The notes under the pieces were generated by a model that was not told the origin of the DNA, ran no database searches, and saw only the letters and a list, made by a program, of their open reading frames with translations. This document shows positions 1 through 16,337 of a DNA stretch of 64,000 bases, piece by piece; the stretch's first letter is position 1; each line of letters starts with the position of its first letter. A program made the position numbers and the translations under genes. Source of the DNA: the human T2T-CHM13v2.0 reference genome, Homo sapiens; assembly GCF_009914755.1 (NCBI RefSeq), contig NC_060926.1. One strand, 5' to 3'.

Positions 1-212
1 AGAGTTCTCTTACGATTCTTAAAGAATCATCAGTGCAAAAATAACCATCTGCTAATGCTGCCCACCTTTCTTAGGAAATCAGAGTTAGTGACTGCACTGC
101 CTTCGAGAATATTTTGATAAAAAGGATTTTGGCATAGACTTCCTCAAAAGAGTTTTATTAACACAAATAAATCACTTTCACAGGCTGTAAACAATATATC
201 AAAAATGAAGCT
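1..212 (-). other. SCN9A: Start of SCN9A 3' UTR (continues beyond the window)
   Basis: Immediately downstream of the TAG stop (213-215, minus strand) of the terminal exon. Confidence 0.9.
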
Positions 213-1439
<1,227 letters not shown>

Positions 1440-1474
1440 TTAAAGATGTATGCTACCTGAAATGATGACTCTAA

Positions 1475-1852
<378 letters not shown>

Positions 1853-2038
1853 TTATTTTATACTGAATGCAATTACTTAAAAAAGGATTAAGAAATTCCA
1901 AAGAGAAATGACTAACATTACCATTGTGACATTTTCTCCTTTTTACTAAGTTCATGGGCCATTTTTTCCCTCCATAATAGTGTTTTACATTTTAAGAATG
2001 ATACCTACTCACATAGAAAATTCAAGCAATACCGTTAA

Positions 2039-2484
<446 letters not shown>

Positions 2485-2709
2485 TGTAACCTATTTTATT
2501 TACTTTATATGTCATGGAGATAGTTTCATAAAAATGACAACGAAATAATTTATTATAGTGGTATAATGTTCTCTCAAAATAACCACAAATTGAAGACTAG
2601 CATTTATACTGTTTCCATTTTTGTTACTGAAATGAATATCTAAATAGCTATGTTCTCCTAATTGCATGAGTACTTTTTAATAATATGTTAATAGAACTTG
2701 GGTCAACAG

Positions 2710-3170
2710 TATATATATGTTTATATATATACACACACTATATATACACACATACTATATATATACACATACTATATATACTATATACAGTATATAGTAT
2801 ACATATACTATACATATACATATACTATACCTATACATATACATATACTAAGTATACGTATATACAGTACATAGTATATGTATACTATATAGTATGTATA
2901 TATAGCATATAGTATGCGTATACTCTATATAGCATATAGTATGCATATACGCTATATAGCATATAGTATGCATATACTATATATAGTATAGAGTATGCGT
3001 ATACTATATATATAGTATAGAGTATGCGTATACTATATATATAGTATAGAGTATGCGTATACTATATATATAGTATAGAGTATGCGTATATATAGTATAC
3101 ATATATACATACTCTATACTATATACATAGTATGTGTGTGTATGTGTATATATATACACACAATATATAG
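2710..3170. repeat. AT-rich (TA/CA/TAG) simple repeat with ~29-bp minisatellite
   Basis: About four tandem copies of ATACTATATATATAGTATAGAGTATGCGT around 2974-3087 within a TA-rich tract. Confidence 0.9.
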
Positions 3171-4620
3171 CTGAACCTATCTCCAGAAAGCCTGTACTAA
3201 TTAACATTTCTAATGGCAGTATATGATAGTGCTCATACTTTACACATTCAACAGTACTGAGTGCTACCATTCTTCTTTATAGTTTTTTACCAAAAAATTT
3301 TCATGACATTTGAAAACATCTACTATTGTAATTTATTTGCATTTTTTGTGAAAATAATCCACAATTTTCCTTGTGTTTTGTTATTTTGTATCCTTATTGG
3401 TTGTTTTTAACTTCTGTTTTTGGCTTAGTTTGGTATTTGCCCATGTGTCTATTGGGATTTTTACTATATTCTTATTAATTTATAAGAACAATTTTCTATT
3501 TAAAGTATTGATCCTTTCTCGGCCTTAACTGTTATGTAAACATTTCACCTATTTTTTGTCTTTCAACCTTTTATTTATGATGATTTTTTCCCCAAAGAAT
3601 ATTTTGTTTTTTTGTGCAGTCATTTCTTCTTCATTTTTTTTTTTGGCTTTACAAATTTGTGTTTTGCATAGAAAGGACTACAAGAGTATATGGTTATATG
3701 TCTATTTCCACATATTTCCTACTAGAATCTTTTTTTTTAACTTTAGATTTTGATTCATGTGATCTTTTCACACAGTAAATTGGTAATTATACATTAAAGT
3801 TTAATTTGGACTCTCTTCAAACCCACTGAGCTTTTATATTTGAACAGTTTTATTTAACATCTATATAAGTCTTAATATTTTGCAGAATAAGCCACCTCTT
3901 GTCACCCTAATTTTCTTCCAGATGAATTTAGAATCATTTAGACTTATATTGTTTTTGTCTATTTATTACCCACACTACATAAAAAGACTCATTGATATTT
4001 TCCTTGAATTTATAGATTAATAAATTTGAAAGTCTTAATTACAATGAGAGAAGCTTATCTAAGTACATGACAATCCTTTCAATTATTTTAGCTTTCTTTT
4101 ATATCCTAAAGTTTTCTTCAGAAGTCTCATATGATAAAGTTATTATTAGATAATTTACTTTATTTTTATTGCAATTGTGAATCAGATTTTCTAATTTTTT
4201 TCATGTATAAGATAATTATTAGTGTTGGCACATGTAATTTAAAATTTGTACCTTTTGAACTCTAATTGAATTTATTTTTAGTTGATTCTCTTTCAATATA
4301 TGAACAAGTTCTTTCATTATATGAAGAAGGTCATTATATTAAGGATCATTTACTCCATTGTTTTTATATATGTACCTCTCTGTTTTCTTATCTAATTGCA
4401 TTGGCCAACAACACTAAAAACAGGGATGATACAGGCACACTCTTTTTTTTTTCCTGACTTAATAGGAATGCTTTCAGAATCATTTTTGTTAGTGTGAAAT
4501 TCTCACCTAAATTTTAATACATTTTCTTATATCAATTTTGGTATGACTTCTGGTGATAATATGCTTTTCCAAAAATATTGATTTTAAATGCTTACTCTGT
4601 TATGTGGCACTCAATTTTAT
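3170..4620 (-). mobile_element. Old, degraded L1M(E)-type fragment
   Basis: T-rich sequence with degenerate antisense L1 ORF2/3'-end motifs; boundaries approximate. Confidence 0.55.
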
Positions 4621-5357
4621 GATTCTAAGTCATGCAACCTTGAACCTTTTCAGATTGATAACCTGTTGATTAAACTTGTAGTAATCTCTATAATCTCTCT
4701 CTCTTAAAAGTTTATAATTCTAAAAAGAAATACAATCCTAAAATACTTTGCAAGATATGTGAAAATAACAACAACAACAAAAACAAGAAGATAGAAAAAC
4801 AACCATGGCAATGAATGTATAGGAAGTATAAAATCATGTGCTGTTATTCACAGACATGAACACCATGGCTGGTTGAGGAATGATTGGCATTTTATACACT
4901 TGTGAAGTATTAAGCTGTAAAAAATAAAACTGGCATTTCTAGAGATCTTAACTTCACTTTAAATTCTGGAAGAATTTTCACAAATTCACAGATATTCTGG
5001 CTATTAATATTATCATTAATCAAATGACAAGTCTCACATGTGCTAAAACCAGAAGTTATTTCAGATTCAACATTGGTTTTCCAAGACACAGCTATATATA
5101 AACATGGTAACTAGTTTTGCAAAGGTAATATTGGAAACTAAATATCAACAAGTATAATTTCCTTCTAACAGATAGAAATATTTGGCTTTGGGGCCTGTAG
5201 TGTAAACCCAGAAACACTGTAGTATGAGAGACAGATATTTGTTTTGCTTTTTAGGATTTTTTCATTCTTTCATTGTACTGACTTACTCAAGAGTAAATTT
5301 GTGTTCAAGAATTCAGCATATACTTCCTTGAGCATAAGTGAAGTTTAGCTTTACTCA

Positions 5358-5702
<345 letters not shown>

Positions 5703-5773
5703 TCAAGTATTATCCAGAAATTAAAGATGTGCATTAAAAATGAATTAGAAATAATTTGAAAATCTATATGCTA

Positions 5774-5953
<180 letters not shown>

Positions 5954-6310
5954 CTATAGATTACTAAAATAGGTTAAAATGTGTTAATATAGAAATAAAA
6001 TGTATTTTATTATGTTCATGATAGCTATACATAAAATATATCTTAAATAATTACATATGTGTAGAAACATGGGTCTCCAAACACAGTTAAATATGCATAT
6101 ATAAATATTTGTATTACATATAATAAGGATTGGCTCAATATTCTTTTGGTGTGCTAATCAGTGTTGTTTTAAACTATGTACTTTTATCTTTTTTATCTGC
6201 TAGCTGTCTTACTGTGACTTTTATTGCTAAGAAAATTTGTAAGAATTAAAAGTAATGAATATCTTCTTTGATGATTTGGCAAATATTTAGAACTTTTATA
6301 AAGAATAGGG

Positions 6311-8100
6311 AGCCAAATCATGAGTGAACTCCCATTCACAATTACTACAAAGAGAATAAAATACCTAGGAATCCAACTTACAAGGGATGTGAAGGACCTC
6401 TTCAAGGAGAACTACAAACCACTGCTCAGCGAAATAAAAGAGGACACAAACAAATGGAAGAATATTCCATGCTCATGGATAGGAAGACTCAATATCATGA
6501 AAATGGCATTACTGCCCAAGGTAATTTATAAATTCAATGCTATCCCCATCAAGCTACCACTGACTTTCTTCACAAAATTGGAAAAAAACTACTTTAAAGT
6601 TCATATGGAACCAAAAAAGAGCCTGCATAGCCAAGATAATCCTAAGCAAAAAGAACAAAGCTGGAGGCGTCACACTACCTGACTTCAAACTATACTACAA
6701 GGCTACAGTAACCAAAACAGCATGGTACTGGTACCAAAACAGATACATACACCAACAGAACAGAACAGAGGCCTCAGAAATAACACTACACATCTACAAC
6801 CATCTGATCCTTGACAAACCTCACAAAAACAAGCAACGGGGAAAGGCTTCCCTATTTAATAAATGATGCTGGGAAAACTGGCTAGCCATATGTAGAAAGT
6901 TGAAACTGGATCCCTTCCTTACACCTTGTACAAAAATTAACTCAAGATGGATTAAAGACTTAAATGTAAGACCTAAAACCATAAAAACCCTAGAAGAAAC
7001 TCTAGGCAATATCATTCAGGACATAGGCATGGGCAAAGACTTCATGACTAAAACACCAAAAGCAATGGCAACAAAAGCCAAAACAGACAAATGGGATCTA
7101 ATTAAACTAAAGAGCTTCTGCACAGCAAAAGAAACTATCATCAGAGTGAACAGGCAACCTACAGAATGGGAGAAAATTTTTGCAATTTATCCATCTGACA
7201 AAAGGGCTAATATCCAGAATCTACAAAGAACTTAAACAAATTTACAAGAAAAAAACAAACAACTCCATCAAAAAGTGGGCAAAGGATATGAACAGGCACT
7301 TCTCAAAAGAAGACATTTATGCAGCCAACAGACATATGAAAAAATGCTCATCATCACTGGTCATCAGAGAAACACAAATCAAAACCACAATGAGATACCA
7401 TCTCATGCCAATTAGAATGGCAATCACTAAAAAGTCAGGAAACAACAGATGTTGGAGAGGATGTGGAGAAATAGCAACGCTTTTACACTGTTGGTGAGAG
7501 TGTAAAATAGTTCAACCATTGTGGAAGACAGTGTGATGATTCCTCAAGAATCTAAAACTAGAAATACCATTTGACCCAGCAATCTCATTACTGGGTATAT
7601 ACTCAAGGGATTGTAAATCATGCTACTATAAAGACACATGCATATGTATATTTATTGCAGCACTATTCACAATAGCAAAGACTTGGAACCAACCCAAATG
7701 TCCATCAATAATAGACTGGATAAAGAAAATGTGGCATATATACACCATGGAATACTATGCAGCCATAAAAAAGGATGAGTTCATGTCCTTTGTAGGGACA
7801 TGCATGAAGCTGGAAACCATCATTCTCAGCAAAATATCACAAGGACGGAAAACCAAACTCTGCATGTTCTCACTCATAAGTGGGAGTTGAACAATGAGAA
7901 CACATGGACACAGGGAGGGGAACATCACACACCAGGGCCTGTTAGGGGGTTGGGAGCTTTGGGAGGGATTACTTAGGAGAAATACCTAATGTAAATGATG
8001 AGTTGATTGGTGCAGCAAACCAACATGGTACATGTATACCTATGTAACAAACCTGCATGTTTTGCACATGTACCCTAGAACTTAAAGTATAATAATAAAA
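6311..8100 (+). mobile_element. 5'-truncated L1PA element (ORF2 C-terminal part, 3' UTR, A tail)
   Basis: ORFs 6320, 6900 and 7180 are frameshifted L1 ORF2p pieces ([19 protein letters not shown]); TSD AAAGAATAGGG at 6300 and 8101. Confidence 0.96.
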
Positions 8101-8859
8101 AAAGAATAGGGGCTACATACAATAACCAAAATTGTATTAATTTTATATTCATTTTAATATACCATTATTCCTTTACATAAAAAATGAATATAAACTAAAA
8201 TGATAATATACATTTCTATATCTCTATTTCAAGAAACTCTTTGACTACCTTTTTAATTCTAAATAAAGGATTTCAACATAAACACTTTATTGGATGTCAA
8301 CATTATCCTTGATAGATTTCTAGGTACTGAGGAAGTTATCAATTATCATACCCAAACTGAAGGACTTTCCAATTGATTACATAAAAGAAAATATAACTTT
8401 TAAAATTCAACAGTAAATAACATAACATCTAAATGAGGTTTTTGACTGGAAAAGCCTAAATCTTACAAAGGGGGGCTAGAAGCTTCAGTTGCTCCCTTTG
8501 TTCTCTGCTAATTTCTTAAGTTAGCTGTAAGTTTTACAGATTTATGTATATTCTACATTAGTCTATAATTTCACCTTTTTAAGTCACAGCATAAATTAGT
8601 ATAATCCATATAATTAAGAATTTATTTTCAAGGATTTATAGTTCTGAGATCATTACTTAACTTGTAGGGTGCTGGAATTAAAGATGACCTGGTTATGGTT
8701 TCCCTTTATTCTCTTGGATTTGGTAATATTCAGCTTCCTCTTATTTACTTATTTTTTTAATTGTTTGCTATTGAATGGGAAGCTTCCCATTATATTGAAT
8801 TTTCTTATTCATCAAACACCTAATGGTAACCAGACTTCCCTTTCTGCCTTAGAGTGTTT

Positions 8860-9181
<322 letters not shown>

Positions 9182-9649
9182 TAGAGTGTTTTAATTCAGC
9201 TTTCCTCTATTTAATATGCAGTCTTTATGTAATTTTCATATTCATCTCACCTACTGGCAAGGCATGAGAGAGACAGACTTCATGTCAATGTCAAGAGAAA
9301 CCCAGATCCTTTACTGTTCATTAATGGGGACTGAAAATTACAGCATGCCAAGAACTTGACAGAAGAAGCTGGAGAAAAACTGAGGAGAAAACTCCAACTT
9401 TGAAGAGAAAATCAAAGTAATAGATTTTGTTTTCCCCTAATGATATCCTGGTTGTCAATATGATGAAGAATGGGATAAAACTAATAGGAGATTATGAATT
9501 AATTCAATAGAGAAACTTGCGTGGGTGTTTTGTTTTCCTATAGCTTATTTAGGCCTTGTGCAAAATGTATCCCTTTAAAACCTAGGTGGAAGGAATTCTG
9601 TAAGTCAGGCTAGTTTTTTTCTGTGTTACAATCTACATTGAGGCTGTAT

Positions 9650-9880
9650 TACATAGTAATAAAGACTTCTTCACTTCTGGTGTCAGATCATCTTTGTTCA
9701 AGTCCTTTCTTTTGTCCTTGGGTAAGTTTCTTAATTCTTTAAGTAAAACCACCTCATCATTATAAGAGTAGTCACTGCATTTGTGTTTGCTGAGAAGATA
9801 AATTGAGGTAATGCATGAAGAATACTTAGCATAATATCTGGCACATGGTAAGTCTTCATTAAATTTTAGTTACTATTACT
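9650..9880 (+). mobile_element. MIR fragment
   Basis: Degenerate MIR core (ccttgggtaagtttcttaa...gaggtaatgcatg...tctggcacatggtaag). Confidence 0.6.
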
Positions 9881-11052
9881 GTTGGTGCTATTAAACTTCC
9901 TGATAAGATGAGAGTTAATGAAATGAGGTTATTGTTAACATTTACTCCATAGTTGCTCAAATTTGTAATTATATATTTGTATAACTATATCATGTAATCT
10001 TCCTTTTTATAACTTGAACTCATTAATGACTTTTGTTCTAATAGTAGTATGTTTTATGATTATTAAAAACTAATTTCACATGAAATCATTAGAGGTGAAA
10101 AAAGTACTTATGAGGATGATGAATAGTTGGAAAAACTAGTAAAATAGGGTTGGTTATTAGAAAGAGGCATGGGTAGTTGATAGAGCCATAAGCTTTGATC
10201 AAATTATTGAAGTTAAAAAGCAGTAAGTGGCAACATTGCATTGTGGAAAAGATATGGGTTTTCAAATCAAACAGGCATTTCAATCATAACTGTGCTGGTA
10301 TCCTGTTACTTGGTTTGAAACAATTTATCCATCCTTTCTAGGGGCTAATTTATTCATTTTCATCAAGATACCACTTTCAAGGGAGGGAGAGGAGTGGAGC
10401 ACATCAAATGTCCTTGCCATTCAGTGTGCTGCACTAGGGTCCAGTTTCACTCTTGCCTCATATGGAGCACTGAAAGAACCAGTATGATTAGAACAATTGA
10501 TACAGCTACAAACATAGGAAAAGGGGACGGTAGATTAGCTGTTTGAGAGACTCTCAGTATCTCTAGCCAGGCTGACTGGCAAAGGTCTTGCCCTGTCAAA
10601 GTCAGTCCATAAATCTTGGTGGCTGTTTTGTGTCCTTTGTGACATTGTGTCGGATGGCTGACAGGTGGCTATTCTTCCAATGCACAGACACCAATGCAAA
10701 GCACAAGGAACACAAAGAATTAGGGAAACAACAAAAAGGGATAAAAGAAATCCGCAGTTACTGACCCTAAAGAAATAGAGATTTATAAATTGCCTAAAAA
10801 AGAATTCAAAATAATTATCCTAATGAAGTTTAGCAAAGTACCAGAGAACAGAGATAGACAACTAAACAAAATCAGGAAGATGATACATGAACACAATGAG
10901 GATATCAATGAAGGGAAAGAAACTATACACACACACACAAAAAGTCAAATATCAGTAAAAACTCTGGAATTGAAGAATACAATAATTGAACTAAAAAACT
11001 CCCTAGAGGATTCAATAGCAGACTTGATCAAACTGGAGAAAGAATCAACAAA

Positions 11053-11945
11053 CCAAGAAAAAAACAAACAACCCCATCAAAAACTGGGTAAAGGATATGA
11101 ACAGACACTTCTCAAAAGAAGACATTTATGCAGCCAAAAAACACATGAAAAAATGCTCATCATCACTGGCCATCAGAGAAATGCAAATCAAAACCACAAT
11201 GAGATACCATCTCACACCAGTTAGAATGGCGATCATTAAAAAGTCAGGAAACAACAGGTGCTGGAGAGGATGTGGAGAAATAGGAACACTTTTACACTGT
11301 TGGTGGGACTGTAAACTAGTTCAACCACTGTGGAAGTCCGTGTGGCGATTCCTCAAGGATCTAGAACTAGAAATACCATTTGACCCAGCCATCCCATGAC
11401 TGGGTATATACCCAAAGGATTATAAATCATGCTGCTATAAAGACGCATGCACACGTATGTTTATTGCGGCACTATTCACAATAGCAAAGACTTGGAACCA
11501 AGCCAAATGTCCAACAATGATAGACTGGATTAAGAAAATATGGCACATATACACCATGGAATACTATGCAGCCATAAAAAAGGATGAGCTCAAGTCCTTT
11601 GCAGGGACATGCATGAAGCTGGAAACCATCATTCTCAGCAAACTATCGCAAGGAAAAAAACCAAACACTGCACTTTCTCACTCATAGGTGGGAATTGAAC
11701 AATGAGAACACATGGACACAGGAAGGGGACCATCACACACCAGGGCCTGTTGTGGGGTGGGGGGAGGAGGGGGATATACCTAACATTAGGAGATATACCT
11801 AATGTTAAATGATGAGTTAATGGGTGTAGCACACCAACATGGCACATGTATACATATGTAACTAACCTGCACGTTGTGCACATGTACCCTAAAACTTAAA
11901 GTATAATAAAAAATAAAAATAAAAAAATAAAAAATAAAATTAAAA
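11053..11945 (+). mobile_element. Nested 5'-truncated L1PA 3' end
   Basis: ORFs 11097 and 11457 are the ORF2p C-terminus ([16 protein letters not shown]); L1PA 3' UTR and (AAAAT)n tail. Confidence 0.95.
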
Positions 11946-12224
11946 AACACTCAAAAGATGGACACCAAAAAAAAAAAAAAAAGGTAGATCATTTAAAATT
12001 ATCCAGTCAGTGGAGCAAGAAGAAATAAAAAAAAAAATGAGTGAAGATTCATGGGACATCATTAAGTGGAACAATATATGCATTATGAAATCACAGAGAA
12101 GACAGAAAGGGGTGTAAAAATATTTTTTAAATGACTAAAATATGTTCAAATTTGGGGAGAGATATGAACATCTAAATTCAGGAAACTCAAAGAATCCCAA
12201 ATAGGACAAATCTAAAGAAGTCTC

Positions 12225-12528
12225 GGCTGGGCATGGTGGCTCACACCTGTAATCCCAGCACTTTGAGGGGCTGAGCGGGAGTGGATCACCTGAGGTCAGG
12301 AGTTCAAGACCAGCCTGGCCAACATGGCAAAACCACATCTCTACCAAAAATTACAAAAATCAGCTGGGTGTGGTGGTGGGTGCCTATAATCCCAGCTACT
12401 CGGGAGGCTGAGGCAGAGAGAATTGCTTGAACCCACGAGGTGGAAGTTGCAGTGAGCCAAGATCATGCTACTGCACTCCAGCCTGGGCAACACGGTGAAA
12501 CTCTATCTCGGAAAAAAAAGAAAAAAAA
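12225..12528 (+). mobile_element. Alu (S-type)
   Basis: Full-length; imperfect TSD AAAGAAGTCTC / AAAAAAGTCTC. Confidence 0.93.
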
Positions 12529-13571
12529 GTCTCCACTAGAGACATAATATCATCAAATTGCCAAAAGTGAAAGGGAAGTTTGAAAGCAGCAAGAAAAAAA
12601 CTGAATTGTCATGTCCAAAAGAGCTCTCTTAAGATGAACAGCAGATTTCTCAGTGGAAACTTTAAAAGAGCAAATAAAGTGAAAGTATATATTCAAAATA
12701 CTTAAAGAAAAAAACTGCTGACCAAGAATAATATACCTGGAAAAACTGTCCTTTAAAATTAAGGAAGGATAAAAACTTTCTCATACAAGCAAATGCTGAG
12801 GGAGTTCATCACCACTAGATTTATCTTATAGGAAATGCTAAAGTGAGTTCTTCAAGTTGAAACGAAAGCATGGTAAAGAGCAACACAAGAGCATATGAAA
12901 GCACAAATCTCACTAGTAAAGGTAAATACATGGACAAATAGAGAATACTGTAATACTCTAATAGTATTATATAAATATTTATAATTCTAATATAAAAGTT
13001 AAATGTCAAAATAATTAAGAATAACTAAAATTACAAAAATGTGTTTGTAGAAACACATTATAAAAAGATGTAAATTGTGACATAACAAAAAGTGTGAGGG
13101 AGGTATTAAAAGTGAAGATTTTTGATATATGATTGAAGTTAAGTTGTTATCAGCTTAAAGTAGACTATTATAAGATATTTGTGATTGCCTCATGATAACC
13201 ACAAGGAAAATCCACGTAAAAATACAGAAATAAAAAAGAGAAATCATAGCATATCACAATAAAATATCATCCAATCACAAAAGAAGACAGTTAAGAGAGA
13301 AAAAGACAGAAAAAAAGAATTACAAAACAGAAAAATTTAACAAAAAGGCAATAGTAAGTCATTACCTACCAATGATTATTTCAAATACAAATGGATTAAA
13401 CTTCCCAATCAAAAGACCTACAATGGCTGCATAGATTTATGAAAACAAGATCCAGTTATATGCTGTCTCCAGATACTCGTTTCAGATTTAAGAAAACATA
13501 GTTTGAAAGTTAATTGATAAAAAAGATACATTTTGTAGAAATGGTAACCAAAAGAGAGCAATGGGGCTATA

Positions 13572-13787
13572 CAGTCGTCCTTCAGTATCTACAGGGTCAT
13601 GGTTTCAGAACCCCAAGGGATACCAAAATTGAGGATGCTTAAGTCCCACAGTCAGTCTTGCAGGACCTGTGGATAAAAAAATTTGACCCTCTGTATCTGT
13701 GGATTTCACATTCCATGAATACAGTGTTTTCAATCAGCATTGGCTGAATCTACAGATGTAAAACCCACAGACACAGAGGACACCCTG
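13572..13787. mobile_element. Tigger-family MITE (MER2-like)
   Basis: CAGTCGTCC... terminus, degenerate inverted other end, TA on both flanks; interrupts the L1 EN region. Confidence 0.7.
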
Positions 13788-14907
13788 TAATTATATCAGC
13801 CAAAATAGATTTTAAATAAAAAACTGTCACAAGAGACAAAGTAGGTCATAAAATAAGATAAAAGAGTTAATTCATCAAGAAGATATAACAATTATAAATA
13901 TATGTGAATCCATCATCAAAGCATGTAAATACGTAAAGCAATCATTGACAGATCTGAAGGGATAAACATGCAGCAACACCATAACAGTAGGATACATCAA
14001 TACCCGACTTGCAATAATGAACAGAACAGCCAGATATGGAATCTATAAACAAACTGTGGATTTGAACAACGCTATAGACCAAATGGATCACAAACACACA
14101 GAATATGCTACCCAACAGCATCTTAATATACCATCTTTTCAAGTGCGCACAGAATATTCTCAGGATAGATCACATATCAGGTCATGAAGTTAGTTTTGAC
14201 AACTGTTAAGAAGTTGAAATCATACCAGATATCTTTTATGACCACAATGGAAGGAAACTGGAAGTCAGTAATAGAAGGAAAACTGAAAAATTCACAAATA
14301 TGTGGAAATTAAACAACACTCTCTTGAAAAAGCAATGGGTCAAAGAAAAAAAATCAATAGGAAAATTTAAAAGTATCTTGAAACAAACAAAAATGAAAGC
14401 ACAATTTCCAAAATTTATGAGATGCAGCAAAAGCAGTAATAAAAGCAAATCTTATTGAGATACATGTCTACATTATAAAAAGAAATATCTCATATAAACA
14501 ATATAGATTTACATGTCTAGGAACTAGAAAAAGAACAAACTAAGCCCAACATCAGCAAAAGGAAGGAAATAATAAGTATTAGAGCTAAGTAAGTGAAATA
14601 GAGAATAAAAAAGCAATAGAAAAAGTCAACAAAACTAAGAATTGGTTTTTTCGAAAGATAAAATAGACAAATCCTTAGCAAGCATAACTAAGAAAAAAGA
14701 TAGAGGACTCAAATATGTAAAACCAGAAATGAAAGAGGAGAATTTACAACTGATTTTATGGGAATAAGAAGGATCAAAGAGACTACCATGAACAATTATA
14801 CACCAACAAATTGGATAACTTAGAAGGAATAGGTAAATTCCAAAAATATACAACCTACCAAGACTGAATCATGAGGAAATAGAATAACTGAATAGACAAA
14901 TTGAACC

Positions 14908-14953
<46 letters not shown>

Positions 14954-15472
14954 GTAACTCCCAAAAAAGAAATGTACAGGACCAGACGGCTTCTCTGGAG
15001 AAGTCCAACCAAACATTTAAAGAAGAAACAACATTAATTCTTCTCAAACTCTCTTAAAACTTTGAAGAGGAAAGAACACTTCGAAAGTCATTTTATGGGG
15101 CCAGAATTATTCTCATATCAAAGCCAGACAAAGACACTGTAAGAAAAGAAAATTACAGCTTTTGAAGGAAGTGACTTCAGCAACATTGTGGAATAGGAGG
15201 TTTATGACTATTTTTTCTCTCATGGACGTACCAAGTAAACATCTACATACACATGGATCAGTTCTCTCCAGAGAAACCCAGAATCCAGTAGAAAAACTCA
15301 TGCACACCAGAGGACAGAAAATACCCATATCAAAATGGGTAGAAAAAGTGGAAAGACACTCATGCACTAACCCCACCCTGAGCACAGTGCCTTACATTTG
15401 GGAAGAAAACCAAATTTGCAGCTACTTCCCAAGGGTTGAGAAACTATAGCACACATATAGAACCCAACTTTT

Positions 15473-15588
15473 TTTTAATTTAAGGAAATGTATTTATTTC
15501 TAGAAAATGCTTTTTCTAGAGTGTAAAGAGAGAAGAGATGAACTATATTATAAAATCATCTTCATAATTGCCTTGGTTTTCCATTTTG
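15473..15588 (-). mobile_element. Short orphan retroposed insert (AATAAA + A tail, 15-bp TSD)
   Basis: TAGAACCCAACTTTT at 15458-15472 and 15589-15603; minus-strand AATAAA at 15493-15498. Confidence 0.75.
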
Positions 15589-15878
15589 TAGAACCCAACT
15601 TTTATAGGCCCTGACACAGAGCTTGGCTTTTAGATCACCATGCTTGAGGAATGGCAGAGATAAGCCATTGGAGTTTTCTCTCAAGTACAAAAAACGATGG
15701 GGGGTTTTGAACTGCCTGAGCACTCTCAGAAGCTTTAATTCCTGGGATCAGACCATCTTCCAACTTCCCCATGGAAACCATTAGGCTACACGTTTTCCAG
15801 CCGCTCCCTGTGGTTCTGGCCTCTTCCAGTACTTGGAAATCTACATAGCAAATGAAGAATAAACCTTCTTCAGCCTAA

Positions 15879-16337
<459 letters not shown>

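Noticed and set aside
2685-3270. Tyr/Ile-rich ORFs; repeat array resembling a CRISPR
   Set aside because: Simple AT-rich tandem repeat with no unique spacers, in human intronic DNA.
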